DNA of 52,384 bases, taken from positions 110,018-162,401 of the forward strand of contig JALDTO010000162.1 of NCBI GenBank assembly GCA_023515725.1. Direction: 5' to 3'. The notes under the pieces are model-generated. The model saw nothing but the letters and a program-made list of their open reading frames with translations, was not told the origin of the DNA and made no database searches. This DNA comes from Amoeboaphelidium protococcarum X5 (lineage: Eukaryota; Fungi; Aphelidiomycota). Shown here in pieces: positions 1-14,123 of this stretch. Position 1 is the stretch's first letter. Every line of letters starts with the position of its first letter. The position numbers and the translations under genes are program-made.

Positions 1-153
1 CAAACCCCCCCCCCCCCCAGAGAAGACTATGACGCACTCTGCAGCCTTGATAACGTCAACAATTGCTGCGCCACCCCATTACGTCACCTCTCAAACTCTA
101 CACGTAATGAAGAATCACCTTAAGATCTTATGCGACCACAAAATACACGTTAA

Positions 154-226
154 GGTCTAGTGTCTCAATTGGCAGAGAGCCCGCCTACGAAGCGGGAGGT
201 TGCGCGTTCGAGTCGCGTCTAGATCA
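154..226 (+). tRNA. tRNA-Arg(ACG)
   Basis: Full cloverleaf: acceptor GGTCTAG/CTAGATC plus discriminator A; D arm TCTC-AATTGGCA-GAGA; anticodon stem CCCGC/GCGGG with loop CT-ACG-AA (ACG at 187-189); T arm GCGCG-TTCGAGT-CGCGT. Confidence 0.95.
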
Positions 227-229
227 AGA

Positions 230-246
230 TTTGTTTTTTGTTTTTT
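230..246 (+). terminator. Pol III oligo-T terminator of the tRNA
   Basis: TTTGTTTTTTGTTTTTT immediately 3' of the tRNA. Confidence 0.75.
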
Positions 247-706
247 CTGTACCACCATTTGATTATGTTTTTAGATTCCTATTTGTGAAGTACTGATGAT
301 CTTTTTGACATGTACTGCATGTTTGCGTTCTTGATTGGGCACCCAACGTCCCTCGTTTATCAATTCTCACACTTTTCTCTCAATCGCAGGCACCTTCCAT
401 TTTGATGCTGTGTAAAAAGTAACACGTCTCTGTCAAATCACTGCACGGACGTTCCTATCTCAGCAGTGTACATTATCGCGGTGGCTCATTAGAAGACTTA
501 CAGTATCTCAACTGAACTTATAGAACTTTGAACCTCAATTTCCCTTAACTCACTCATCATAAGATATATATTATTTTTTATAAATGTTGTGTTATCAACA
601 CCATCAGATAAAGCCACGTACTTGGCTGAGCATTAGACTTCTTTCGCAATAATAGAAATGAAAGAAAACTCAATGCATATGAACAATTAAATAAGTCTCA
701 ACATAC

Positions 707-2020
<1,314 letters not shown>

Positions 2021-2135
2021 TTATACTGCTAATTATCTGCTGTAATTAATATTTCAACTTTAGGTACAATATGGTGAAAGAATGTGAAATGTTTTCAATT
2101 GAAAAACACGTTGAATTAAAGGCGATCGAAACAAC

Positions 2136-2400
2136 ACGCGAAACTTCTCTTAGCGCGTCTGCCAGGTAAAATCCTTCTCACGCGTTTGGCTCCTCTTGGA
2201 AAGTGCTCGCCCTCTTTTATTCCTTTCTTCCGGATTCTCTTCGCCTCGCTAATCAGTAGCGACCACTCCAAGGCCTCATTTTTCTCGCGTTTTCTTCCAT
2301 CGCTTAAATGCTCTTGACACTTTTATCGTCTCCGCGCTGTCAATCAACAAAAGTTGTAAGGCTAAGGTTCGTGCGTTTTCCGCCAATCTATTTTTCGCGT
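2136..2400. promoter_or_regulatory. Divergent promoter (RBBP4/RPL32) with a cluster of CGCG-core motifs resembling MCB/SCB/E2F sites
   Basis: ACGCGAAA 2136, GCGCGT 2153, ACGCGT 2180, TTTCTCGCGT 2281, CCGCGC 2332, TTTTCCGCC 2376, TTTTTCGCGT 2391. Confidence 0.45.
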
Positions 2401-2503
2401 TTATCGTTGACTAGTCAGCTAACTAACAGTGAGAGGAAAAGGATCATCATTCTTCGCAATATAATCAGCACAAAAATAATAAAGAAGGGATCATATATAT
2501 AAA

Positions 2504-2905
2504 ATGGCCACCTCATTAAATACTAAGCCGATTGTGAAGAAGCGTACAAAGAAATTTATTCGCCACCAGTCTGACCGTTATGCAAAGGTTGACTAGAACT
2601 GGCGTCGTCCAAAGGGTATTGATAATCGTGTTCGTCGTCGCTTCAAGGGACAGTATCTGATGCCAAAGATCGGTTACGGATCCAACAAGTTGACGCGTCA
2701 TATGACTCCAAATGGATTCTACAGGTTCCTCGTGCACAATGTTGAGGAGGTTGAGGTTCTTTTGATGCACAAGAGAAGATATGCTGCAGAAATTGCACAC
2801 GGTGTCAGCTCAAAGAAGCGGGTTGCCATCTTGGAGAAGGCCAAGGCTCTCGGTGTTGTTGTATTGAACTCTGGTGCCAAGGTGCGTAATCAGGAGACTC
2901 ACTGA
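2504..2905 (+). CDS. RPL32: 60S ribosomal protein L32 (eL32), 133 aa
   Basis: [21 protein letters not shown](TAG)[18 protein letters not shown]...MPKIGYGSN; ATG 2504 to TGA 2905 in frame. Confidence 0.97.
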
Positions 2906-3091
2906 TCTTTTAGTTATTATAATAATGATACTAATATACACCTGTTGACTGCATCAGTATAAAATAAACATACTCGCTTCTAATTATGGGAATTTTTGCA
3001 TTTTTACTAAAATATTGTTATGCTACTACTATGAATTTATTCAGCTTCTTCAATCTCAGTCTAAACTATACTTTAACCAAATGTTAAACAT

Positions 3092-6000
3092 TCATCTCTT
3101 CTCTTTAACCAATAGCTGAAGGAATATAAAGGCAACAACAATAAATACTATGAACATGTACACCAGCGAAAATACATCAGGCCAAAAGTTGTCCTTGTTG
3201 AAGCCAAAAGTCTTTAGGATAACAGTACCGGGCACTTGGATTGGAATTCCCACTTGTTTATCTGACAGCGAAATATCAATCAATTCATTGACTATCAGAG
3301 CCTCAAAAGCAAAGTTGTAGAATGACAAGTATGGAAGCCACTAGAATGCTGGGTGGATATTGTCTTTGTTCAAGAGGAATCCACCAAAGAGCATACTGAA
3401 CAGCATCCACATCACCGCGATGAGATTAGCTAGAGATAGATGGTTACCACACAGAACAGCAATGACTAAACAGATACCGGCAGCGGTGAGATTGAAAAGA
3501 ACAAGCACCAGCAGAAACTTACAGAACGTGTATGCGGCTGGAGTCAGACCAATCATGTAATAACTGATGGCACCCAGTAGAACGGGCGGAATAACACGGA
3601 GCGGCAGAATGTCGAATATGATCTTGGTGATAAAGTACACGCCCACTCCATAGAATCCAGCCGACCTCTCGCGTACAAACAGAGCCCGCTCTTTACTGAA
3701 CACTTCCAACGAGCTTAACGATGAAAAGCCAAACACAGCCAGGATGAAAAAGAACACACCAAGACGGTTCTAAAATCCGCCCAAGTCGTCTCGCACCTGC
3801 CAGAATAGCAGTCCACTCAGCACAGCCAAGAGTATAGCAATTCCATAATGACCATACATTAAGAATGGATTCCGGTAAAAGTTGATTACTGTGCGCCAAG
3901 ATAGTATTTTAAACTACTCAAAGAATCCAGGCCTGGATTAAGCAGAGACCGCCGTGGGTCTAGTTAAGCGAATCAATGAGTGCCAAACAGTAATCAGATG
4001 GTCTTTAACTGTACTCGATGACTCTGATGATGGAAGAGTAGATATGAGCAGCTGATCATCTTCATCTAGAGGTTGATCCAGCGGCAGTCTACCACTACTG
4101 ACAGATGTTTACTCCTTCTAAGTGAGTAGAGGAAGAGAATCTGATAATTCACTGTCATCGTCACCACCTTTATTCAATTTGGCCTTGCTCATATTCTTGC
4201 GCATAGTAGAGTACCGCGGACCATTGCTCTAATCTATATCCGTCTACTCCGCGTCACTTTCATCAAGGTCGCTATTCCGAGCGCTACGTAGCACTTGCTG
4301 GATCTCATCTTTCAACTCTTTGCAAATCTAACTAGAGTAAAATGAGTCCACAAGCTTATACAAGTTGGGGCGCATCATTGATAACTCGGTCATATCGGCA
4401 AACTGAGGCTTAATGTAGTACTGAGACATGTCATTCACCAGCGGCTAACTGACACCATCAGCAGAACTCTTCACATTAGACTGTGTTACCGCAGATGCAA
4501 CGTAACCTCGACTGGTTATATCAATCAGATAGTCGGCAATATTGCAGTTGGTAGGACATTTCAATCCAATTTCTTTCAGGTACTTTTCGACAATACTATC
4601 ACCAGATTACACTAGCGCTTCAATGGCAGCTTCATCTGCCAGCTTCTCAGACAGGAGTGAAGAACTCAGCGATGACTCGCTCTACAACCTTCCACTGTAA
4701 ACCATATATCCGCCTTCACCTAGTAAAAGCAGACGGTCAAACATATTGAATATATCACTACGAGGCTGATGTAAACTCAATACAATAGTTCTGCCATAGT
4801 TCACAGCCAACTTTTTCAAATTATACACTACAGAGAATGCATTATAACTATCAAGACCGCTAGTAGGCTCATCCAGATAGAGAAGAGACGGAGATGGAAT
4901 CGTCTCCAGAGCAATACTGACTCGACGGCGCTCACCACCAGACAATCCTCTTGAGGAGGAGCCGTTATCCCCTCCACCGCCACTTCCTGATGAGCTAAAG
5001 AAACTGGATAAGGATGAACTGCCCCCAACTCTATTGTTAGCAATGTGTTCAATGCCCAGCTCTGCCAAAACATCTCTGACACGTCGAACTTTCATTTCGT
5101 AACTCATTGACCTTGGCAATCTTAGCAATGCACTGCAGAGCAACGTTTCGTACACAGTGAGTGTTGGAAGCAAAGAATCCTCTTGGTCAACGTAACCCGT
5201 AATCTATTTAAATTCAGCCCTGGTTGGAGTCTTGTTGTTGATGTACAGATTACCAGTGACTATTCCCTTCTTGGGTTTGCCTGCAAGGATGTCTAGACAA
5301 GTAGTCTTTCCCGCACCACTGGATCCCATAATAGCCATCATTTCGCCCGGTTTAACACATCCATATATTCCACGAAGTACTCTCTTTCTAGAAACTGTAG
5401 ATGACGAAGAGGAACCAAGACTATTACCAGATATCTCGTAACAAATGTTCCGAAACACCAAGGTAGCTGGCAATCTATGACCTTGCATAATCTCCTTTTC
5501 CAACTACCGCGCCCGCTCCTCCTCTTCTCTAGATTCAAACTCACTACCCACCTGTCTGTACAACCTCTCCCGCTCCATCCTCCTAATACTCCAGTAGATC
5601 AAGTATCCGGTCAGGAGAAACAAAATAACAGACACTGCAATCAGAGTAGATATCTTAGTCCAATCAGCAGGTTTGGCAGGTACAACATAACCAGGAACTT
5701 CAGACTGGAAGAGACACTCTCCAGAGTCACATTGCAACTCAATAACAGGATTATTACCAAGCAAAAGTCCCAGCGAATCTCTCAATCCAGGCTCATCAAA
5801 CTCACAATTATATGGACCATCAGCATTACGAAATCCATCTGGCTTCTTACAAATCAGACTGGCGGGACCCCTAACCAAATCATCAAATACACCTTGCAAA
5901 TCAACATCCACTCCGTCGTAAATCCCCTTTCCACAGAGAAGCTCGTCGTGAATACACTAGCAGTCAATATTCTTACACAAACCACCCGTGACATTATATC

Positions 6001-6622
6001 CATCCACTAGCTACTGCTAATCAAACTCACAATCAGTCATGCGGCAATAGAACGATTCGCGATCATCCAACCAAAACTAAAATCTGCACACATTGGGAAT
6101 ATTATCAGGAGCTTTGGGCTGCACATCACAACTAAAAGATGCATAGGCATGTTTACCATCAAGCATATTCTTAAGAGCCACATTAACTATTTGACACTGC
6201 TGATAATTACTATGCACGGGAATGGCTCCCTTGTAGCAGGTTGCATTCTAACCCGCGATTCCTTCTGGATCAAGAAACTTGGTACATACATTGTCATTCT
6301 AACAAACCTGGCAATTAACACCGGACCATCCATCATTACACTAACACTGTTTCCCACGGCTGCCATCCAGAGGGAGAGGAGTCCGGTCCTCTGGCGGCAT
6401 GTCCAACGATCCGCACAGAGGCAATCTGCAATCATCTGATCCCCATCCAGTAGGACAAATACACTTTCCATTCGCCTTGGAACACTCTGCATGTTGTCGG
6501 CACTTGTTATCAGTCAGCATACAATTGAAGCAGTTACAAGACCCATTGCCTTCCAATGATTCCACAATCTAACTTAATAGTACCACCGCAGTGATCACAA
6601 ATAAAACTAAATTTTGTCTCAT
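3092..6622 (-). CDS. ADP1: ADP1-type ABCG half-transporter with N-terminal signal peptide and Cys-rich EGF-like ectodomain, 1176 aa
   Basis: Signal peptide [16 protein letters not shown]; EGF-like [12 protein letters not shown]; TM; Walker [10 protein letters not shown]; signature LSGGERRR; LDEPTSGLD; ABC2 membrane domain. Six track ORFs lie in one frame joined by TAR codons. Confidence 0.92.
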
Positions 6623-7130
6623 TATTTTTTCAAAGTACTAAACTGTCGATACCAGTCTTGAAATGATTATTTGAAATTTAAATCCAAGTAGATATACTCA
6701 ATCACTAGTAATAACAGAAATAAGACGATTAATAATGAATGAATGAATGACTGACTGTGATGATGTTGTTGTTATGATGAGACAGACAAAAGAGACGAGG
6801 CCGAATCAGGAAATATTTTCGCCGACGATTTACAGTCGCTGGTGATTACAAAAGAGAGAGAAGGTCAGTAAGTCATTGCCGAACAGTGCCACCGAGATAA
6901 ATATCTGTCAGCGTTACGGTTGTCAGGGAGATTATGCGCCCAGTTTACGTGTGGTACTACGATATAATATCTCATTTACTGACAAGCCAATAAGAGCATT
7001 ATATTTTTTATTTATGGTTCTACCTCATTATAATTTTAATGCTTTTAATGCTTCACAGTATCAGTTAAGTTCTCTTTTTCAACTCCCAATTGGAAACTCT
7101 GGTGATTAAACACGAAATCAGTTCTACAGC

Positions 7131-7649
7131 ATGTATTTATCTCGAATAAGTATGATTAAAATTGGTGCATTTCTTTTATTGGTTGTCTTTCAGATTTATG
7201 CCAAAGTTATTACTGATGATCAAGTAATTATTGTGGATGGTGATGTCTAAGTGGTCAATGTTTATTATGGCCGAATTAACAATGTTTTAATACACCGGTA
7301 CGACGCGTAATCCGATTTGAAAAGTGAAAAGTTCGACTGTCAAGTAACATGGCCTTCAGTGTATCCTTCAGAGTGCAAATGGTAAATAGACAACACTTAA
7401 TCCAGTAATGCTAATTTACACGTTAAATGCAACTTTACTGGTGTACCTACTAGATTAAAGTCGGTTTAGTAACATGAGTATGTTCCTACAAGTATTCGCT
7501 GTTATTCCATTGTATTTGGTGTAATTCCTCAATTCGTTGTCCCGTTCATAGTAGCTCAGTTAATCATATTTGCGTTAGGATGGCTATCCTTTGATCGCGT
7601 CATCTGGCCTCAAATCATCAAACTTACCTCTAAACATCACGGCGATTGA
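7131..7649 (+). CDS. Hypothetical type I membrane protein, 172 aa
   Basis: ATG-TGA ORF under TAR=Gln; hydrophobic N-terminus IGAFLLLVVF, CQVTWPSVYPSEC, C-terminal TM FVVPFIVAQLIIFALGW. Confidence 0.65.
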
Positions 7650-7719
7650 AACCTCTAAATACAATTTTAATTCAATGTCATCTATGAAACAATTTTAATA
7701 AAAATATTTCAACAAACAT

Positions 7720-8367
7720 TCAATTACTAAATGGCTTAGTATTGTAACAAGTTTTCATCATTTCAGTAAGCAGGCGGGGAACGTCACAGTTGAAACACGC
7801 ACCGTTGTTGCGAAGGGAACTATCACTCTCATTGTACACCGAGTTGAGTACGTCTCTCACCACACAAGCCTTCTTTCGTAGCGGATCCACTAATTTTGAG
7901 CATTATCCAGACAGTGAGGCTCTAATCTCTGTGCATAGTAGTTTCCTACATCTTGTATCTTGATCTTTACTTGAATTACCAGTCTCGGAATCACCAATAC
8001 CGCCTGTCATTGACATCGCTTACAAGTAAGTGGCATCAAACGCGTGTACCAATTCATGGTGAAGAGTGCTCTTTAAATCTTTACGATACTCTGCCTTGTG
8101 TGAAGATGTTCGGTCATAAAGAAGATGCTTATCTTTATACTAAGAATCCAATCGGCTTATATTATCTGCGCACAGAACCACTCGTCTATTGCGACTATCG
8201 TAATAGCCTTTCGAGCGGGAGTGGTCATCAGAGTCTGCGCATTACCGACACGTTACACCGCCCTTCAATCCATGATGATCACTCAGTTTGATCCACCTAA
8301 GAAATGCTTTAGTGTCTTCCTCTTTGAGTAGCTGACTAAGAATTTCAGTACATTCATCCACCTACAT
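7720..8367 (-). CDS. ATP23: ATP23-like mitochondrial metalloprotease (peptidase M76), 215 aa
   Basis: KGYYD..RRVVLCADN, STLHHELVHAFD (HExxH), LCTEIRASLSG(Q)C. The second codon is TAG. Absent from the ORF track. Confidence 0.85.
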
Positions 8368-8511
8368 TGTATATAACAAATTTTAACGAACGTTTGCAGA
8401 TGATAAGAGAAATCTGATCTCAAAATAATCACCAAAACATCAAAACATGCAAGAATTAAATTTAAAACTACGTTAATATTGGACAGTCGAGTAAGTCTTA
8501 TTAGAAGAATG

Positions 8512-9573
8512 TCATAAATAAAATCTTTTGCGATCAACATCCATGTCAGGCTTGCGCAAGAACTCATACTCACCATTCTTCAAGTCATAAACTCCCTTCT
8601 GCAGAGCATCCAATCTAAGAGTGAAACGCGGACCAAGTTCTTACAGCCTCACCTTTGCACGGTCTTCTATCGGCGTAGCATCCTCATACTATAGAGAATT
8701 ATCTTACTGAACGCCGCTGCTACTGGACACTGCCTTCTACTCAAATATGTACCTATGCCTTCTGAAAAAGATAAAATCGCGCTAGTTATGAAAGGTGGCA
8801 GCCTATCTTCCCATAAATTAGGGGACATGCGGGAACAGCGATGCAAAGAATCTACCAACAAACCTGCCTAGACGCGTATTAAAATTATTCATAATCAGCT
8901 CTGGCTTGTGGGCAGTGGCGCGACCATGACCTTATATCTCCTTGGACAATCTCACGTTAGAGAGTCTAAAGTAAGCAGAAGGACCATCAGGTAGATGGAT
9001 CAGAATCATGCCGCACATCTTTTTGCGATGTCGGTCTTCTTCCACAACAATCAGATTATTATATCCGCGATCTACAGCAGCTTTGCAAATATCATTGATC
9101 GTGTAGAATGCACCAGATTTAGTATGAGACTTGTGTGATGGACGTTTAACAAACTTGGCCTTGGGGAATATCGATGGAAGATCTTTACCGGCAAACGCGT
9201 AAGTTCTCTTGGACGGTCGTGGCGAAGTTGTGATCAAGATATTTGGCTCTTGCTGAGTGCGCGGAGAGGACGTACCAAAGTACTCAGAAAACTCATCCTG
9301 CTCCTCCTCAGCCAATAGCTCTTCATCAACCTGCTCCAGCATACTCTCATCCTTCCTACGCATAGACTCTATCGTGTTCTGCTTGTGCTAGCTCAATCTC
9401 TTCACTCTCAGACTATCATCCTCTTATTCTGCCTTTTTGCGCCGCTCCTTCATCTTTTTCTTCAATGAATTCATCACAATCTTATGCTTGGTATACATCT
9501 CTTATCTCTTCATCTTGTTCTTTACATCCGGGATACCCTTTTCTTACTCTTGCTTTAACTGCTCCTTCTCCAT
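8512..9573 (-). CDS. RPF1: Ribosome production factor 1 (Brix domain), 353 aa
   Basis: [39 protein letters not shown](TAG)[13 protein letters not shown](TAA)ELGPRFTL; 354 codons. Confidence 0.93.
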
Positions 9574-9789
9574 TCTACACTAATGTATATTTATTTAATT
9601 GATGGGCTTATACGACCTCTGATTAAATTGTAATGAAAACACTGCAAAACGCCGTGAACTTGACTATGGAATGAAAAAATTGCAAAATACCATGATGCAG
9701 TATTGAAGTGACGGCTATTACGCATGTATATTTACCACTTTATATCATCATTTAAATCAGAAGACTCTTTCTAACAAATATTAGTAAAA

Positions 9790-10314
9790 TCAGCAAATCG
9801 CAAACTTCAATGCCATCTGAGTAGTACCTGGACACGACCACGGTCTTACTTTGGCTTCTTGTTGAACTTCGAATATTGCCTGATCCAGACTGGAGCGACG
9901 CGATTGCAAAGATTCGAACTGATCTTGAGCGCATCGATTGCCTTGAGGATTAAACTTATTGGCCAACCGGTACTCCCAGGTGTACTCGAACGCTACTGAA
10001 TCTTCGCTGTGGAAGGATTGATAAGATGCCTCGCTGTCGTCGCTCTCAACAGAGCAGGATCTTATTCTAATCTGCGCCATAACACTAGGCCAGATGAATT
10101 CCTGTTAAAACGAGGCAACGCCTTCCTTCTCCTCTGGCGGTGGATGAACAACAATGATCGGGATGTCAGGGCGTTTTTTAACATCAACTGCCACGACTTG
10201 GCTTAAGGGAGGCAACTCTTGCTGAGCAGCATGGGGGGCCTTCTTAGTGCAGAATACGCGTCTCATAAACGTGACGACCGACTTCAATGGAGATAGTATC
10301 TTTACGCGGAACAT
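9790..10314 (-). CDS. Hypothetical protein, 174 aa
   Basis: Track ORFs 10105-10371 and 9790-10080 join in frame across a TAA; ATG 10314, TGA 9790. No family recognised. Confidence 0.6.
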
Positions 10315-10780
10315 TGCACTGGATATTAACTTTTCAATTGATTTTGAATTGATATGTATGTGGGAAACCAAATTTAGAGCAAATAGAAGTGAAGAAGATT
10401 CTGTAACTTCAGGTACTTTAATGCAGCAACACTGGGGTCTTTATGAGCTGAAACCTTGTGATTGCACCATCATTAATGCTATTTTTCAATCACATCGTAA
10501 GTTCCTTAGTTACCTCTAGCAGCATTTTACACGCTCATGGGTAATCTTAGCGGAAATGAGTGTAAACGGTTTATTATAGTTGAATTAAAGCTGTATATGC
10601 ACGTTCCCCAGAATAATGATCAACATCCATACCTTTACAAACACCTTTGATTCAACAGCCGTTACAACAACGAGAGCGGTCGCATTCTAATCAATTTCTT
10701 TGCCAGTAACGCAGAGATTTATATCGCGCTGCGTGAAAGATTCCGTTGTCCCCCGATAAATCTCGAATTGTCAAGTAGTC

Positions 10781-11359
10781 ATGACGCAGACATAATAGTA
10801 GTTCCCGCTGGTAATTAGCGGCCATGTTGTGAAAGGTTTCGGACGGGGAAGTAAAGAGTTGGGCATACCAACAGCGAATTTCCCCGATGACGTTGTGTTA
10901 TCAAAGTGTTCACAACTAGAGAATGGTATTTACTATGGCTGGGCCTCAGTTTCCGATGCTATTTCTGAAGATAATAATGCAAAATCTGACTTTATTTAAT
11001 ATCATAATTGCGTCGAAGCTGACACCTATAGCGATAGAGTATATCCTATGGTCATGTCAGTCGGCTGGAACCCGTATTACAAGAACGAAAAATAATCGGC
11101 GGTATGATGTAATCTTTAAAAACTATAATCTATATGTGATTTTGAGATGAGGAGAATGTAGGAAGTGCATATAATCCATAAGTTCGATAATGATTTCTAT
11201 GGCTAGCTGTTGACTGTGGCAGTTCTCGGATACATTCGACCTGAGCGAGATTTCGAATCGCTGGACGCGCTGATTAAAGAGATTCACTCTGATATTGAGA
11301 CTGCATAGAGGCTGCTCAAGAGTTAACTAGATTAAAAGCGTCTTATTAATCGTAATTGA
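10781..11359 (+). CDS. FMN1: Riboflavin kinase; exons 10781-11101, 11162-11359
   Basis: [43 protein letters not shown]|[24 protein letters not shown]; 60-nt GT..TAG intron. Confidence 0.93.
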
Positions 11360-11454
11360 TTATGGAATGTAAAATGTATGCATTTACACAATCTGTATTT
11401 GAATTGTCATTATGATTCTTGGTTAATTAGAACTTCCTGCAAATGCCAAAACGA

Positions 11455-13846
11455 TCATTGGAGACTCCACGGTTCACCTAAGGGCATAGCGGTTAGAATT
11501 ACTTATGGTAGCAGGGTAAGTAGTTGCTCTTTCAAGACATCATCATCACATTCCACAATCTCTAGAGACTTTAAATCAATTTTAGCTGAACCAAATCTTG
11601 TCTTGACTTCCGCAGTTTACTATTCTTAGTCAACTAGCACAGACTCTTCATCTTCCTACGATTTATTAAAGTGCGCCTTTAAACACTCGTGCACAAACTT
11701 GATCTTGTCCTATGGACTAGATAAAAATTGATCCGTGTTAAGTGGCATTATGCAGTCATCTACAGCCTTGTTATGAGACTAATCACTGTCATTGTGATCT
11801 GTATGATGGTGATGATGATCTGATTTTGTCAACTTTACAGATACTGGATGACTCTCAATTTTAAAGATAAGAGCCATTACAGCATCAGCCAGTATATCAT
11901 TGAGAAGACTACCTTCCCATTCCAGCAAAAGTTGACCCTGTGTGAGTTATCGCACTTCCACTGCATCCAAGACTCGTAGCACTTTTGGTTTATTACTCTG
12001 ATTATCTGAAGGAGACTCTTACAAACTTAAATCATCGGAATTACAACGGCCAAATGCAGCTTCCAAGTGATGTTAAAGCAACGAGAATGTTCCATTATAT
12101 GCAATACACTGCCGTTGCAAGATCATTGTAGACTTCACTTCTGTGAATTCAGCCAAATCTTCACTATCAAGAAGGTGATACTGGAACTGCTTATTCACCA
12201 AGATACCAGACATCCGCTACCCCTCCTGAGGTGGTTACGACACAATACTACCAATAGCTTTGGCCATCTTCTCACCTCGAAAGTATAACTCTACAGCCTC
12301 TGCATTCTTGGGAGACCAAATCTTCATATCTCGCCGTAACGAAGCACTAGCTTTATAACCTGAATACTTATCTATAAGAGCATGCTTGAGGCGCATCATT
12401 TCGTGCTATTCACCATGAACAAGTACCAGATTTACAGGTCGCATCTCATCAATAAACTCACTATTCTATGAATAATCAACGTGGGCACTGAATGAAATAT
12501 ATTCAACCTTCAGTCTCAAAGGCTGTCGCTTTCCATCTCTGGTGACCACCTCATCAGGTTGTAGTAGAATAGACTTGGCGAGAGTGCCTTCCACCACATA
12601 GCCCGGTATAATGACTCCATTTCTCTTATCGCCGCACCACCTGTCAAAGAGCTCTCGTGATAAGCCACTCTGCAACATTGCCGGGGACGCCATCATCACA
12701 CAGGGGCCATTATCATCGAATTGATCAATAGACTTCAAGTTGCTAATATGTTTAAATACAAATGGATTAACACCAGATGCAAATTGCTACTTGATCTTGT
12801 TATTCATCATCCCGATGTACGTCTAATACACAGCCATACACTTCTTTGCGAGGGCGGAAGCATAATAGATTGGTATTGATTGAAGATCTGGTCGAGACTG
12901 CCAGTGCTCATCCAAAATAAGTAGCAGTTCCTATGCGCGCCCCAGAGCAAATGCTGGTATTAAACATCTACCACCACGCTGAACAATCTCCTACACCAGA
13001 CCGGTGAATCGTTTCTCTCTGGTACCCCGCGGTTCATTAGTCTACACACCGTAAGTGGACTCGCAAATCATAACATCCGGTATAAGATGTGGTGGTCTCT
13101 CTGCGGCCATCAAGTGCCTATCCTCTTCACGCGAGTAATCTCCCGTATAAAATATCTTGGTACCAGCGATTTCTATGACAAACATTGCAGCACCCAGGAC
13201 ATGGCCTGCATTGTATGCCGTGAACTTGATATCCTCATACTCTATCGTCTAGTGGAAATCTATAGTCTCTATCCTCTCGTAACTCAATGCTAAATCTTGC
13301 TCATTATACAACATATCATCATCATCCTGGTTACTGGTGCTAACACGAACAAAATCAGATAATAACCACTTATAAATGGCTTTTGTGGGATGTGTCATGT
13401 ACACTTTACCTTTAAATTAAGTCTTTTACATGAAGTATGGCAACGATGCAGCATGATCTAGGTGGAAACTACATTACGTCACACAATTATAATATAGAGA
13501 ATAAAAAATTATTGAGGAGATAGTAGCGACAATAACTTACTGTGATATTAGCAAGAGATCAATAGAGGCAGGATCTATTTCATCAAAGAACGGCAATGCA
13601 CTAATACCGCTATATGCCGGGTGTATTCCACAATCAAGCATAATATTCTTGCCTTTATACTACAATACTATACAACTTCTTCCCACTTCTTATCCACCTC
13701 CAATAGGCATGATACTCTACACACACACACATACACACCCACTCATTAAGTTGATGTACACGCGGTAAAGTTATCAATCAACTAGATAAAATCCCAAATC
13801 ATACCAACATATCTTTTGAGACTGTTCCAGCAGCAGCTCTCTTCAT
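11455..13846 (-). CDS. CPSF3: CPSF73/Ysh1 pre-mRNA 3' endonuclease, 743 aa; exons 13846-13805, 13716-13541, 13468-11455
   Basis: GGG(TAA)[18 protein letters not shown]|[35 protein letters not shown](Q)[28 protein letters not shown]. Confidence 0.95.
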
Positions 13847-14123
13847 CTTAAAGTTAATATTATTACTAGTTCCTTAGATTTAAAGAGATACAGAAGAAAT
13901 CTAATTGAAATACAGAATAACTATCAGTAATGATGAGAGCGTGTAAAGATGGCAAAGAGGAAGGAAGAGAAGATTTCGTCGCGCTTGGAAGATTGTTTGA
14001 TTGAACGAAAGAAGTGATCAACAGATGATGATAGACTTGGTAGAGTGTATTAAATACTTTGATACTTCAACTGGACAAATAAGAATAGAAATGATGTAAT
14101 CAGTATGAGTTACAATCATAAAA

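Noticed and set aside
5-30. C14 run and AAGACTAT (U3 snoRNA-like start)
   Set aside because: Simple homopolymer with no telomeric periodicity; the sequence after AAGACTAT does not continue as U3 box A.
154-226. Possible stop-decoding tRNA-Gln(UUA/CUA) explaining the code
   Set aside because: The anticodon is ACG (Arg); this is an ordinary tRNA.
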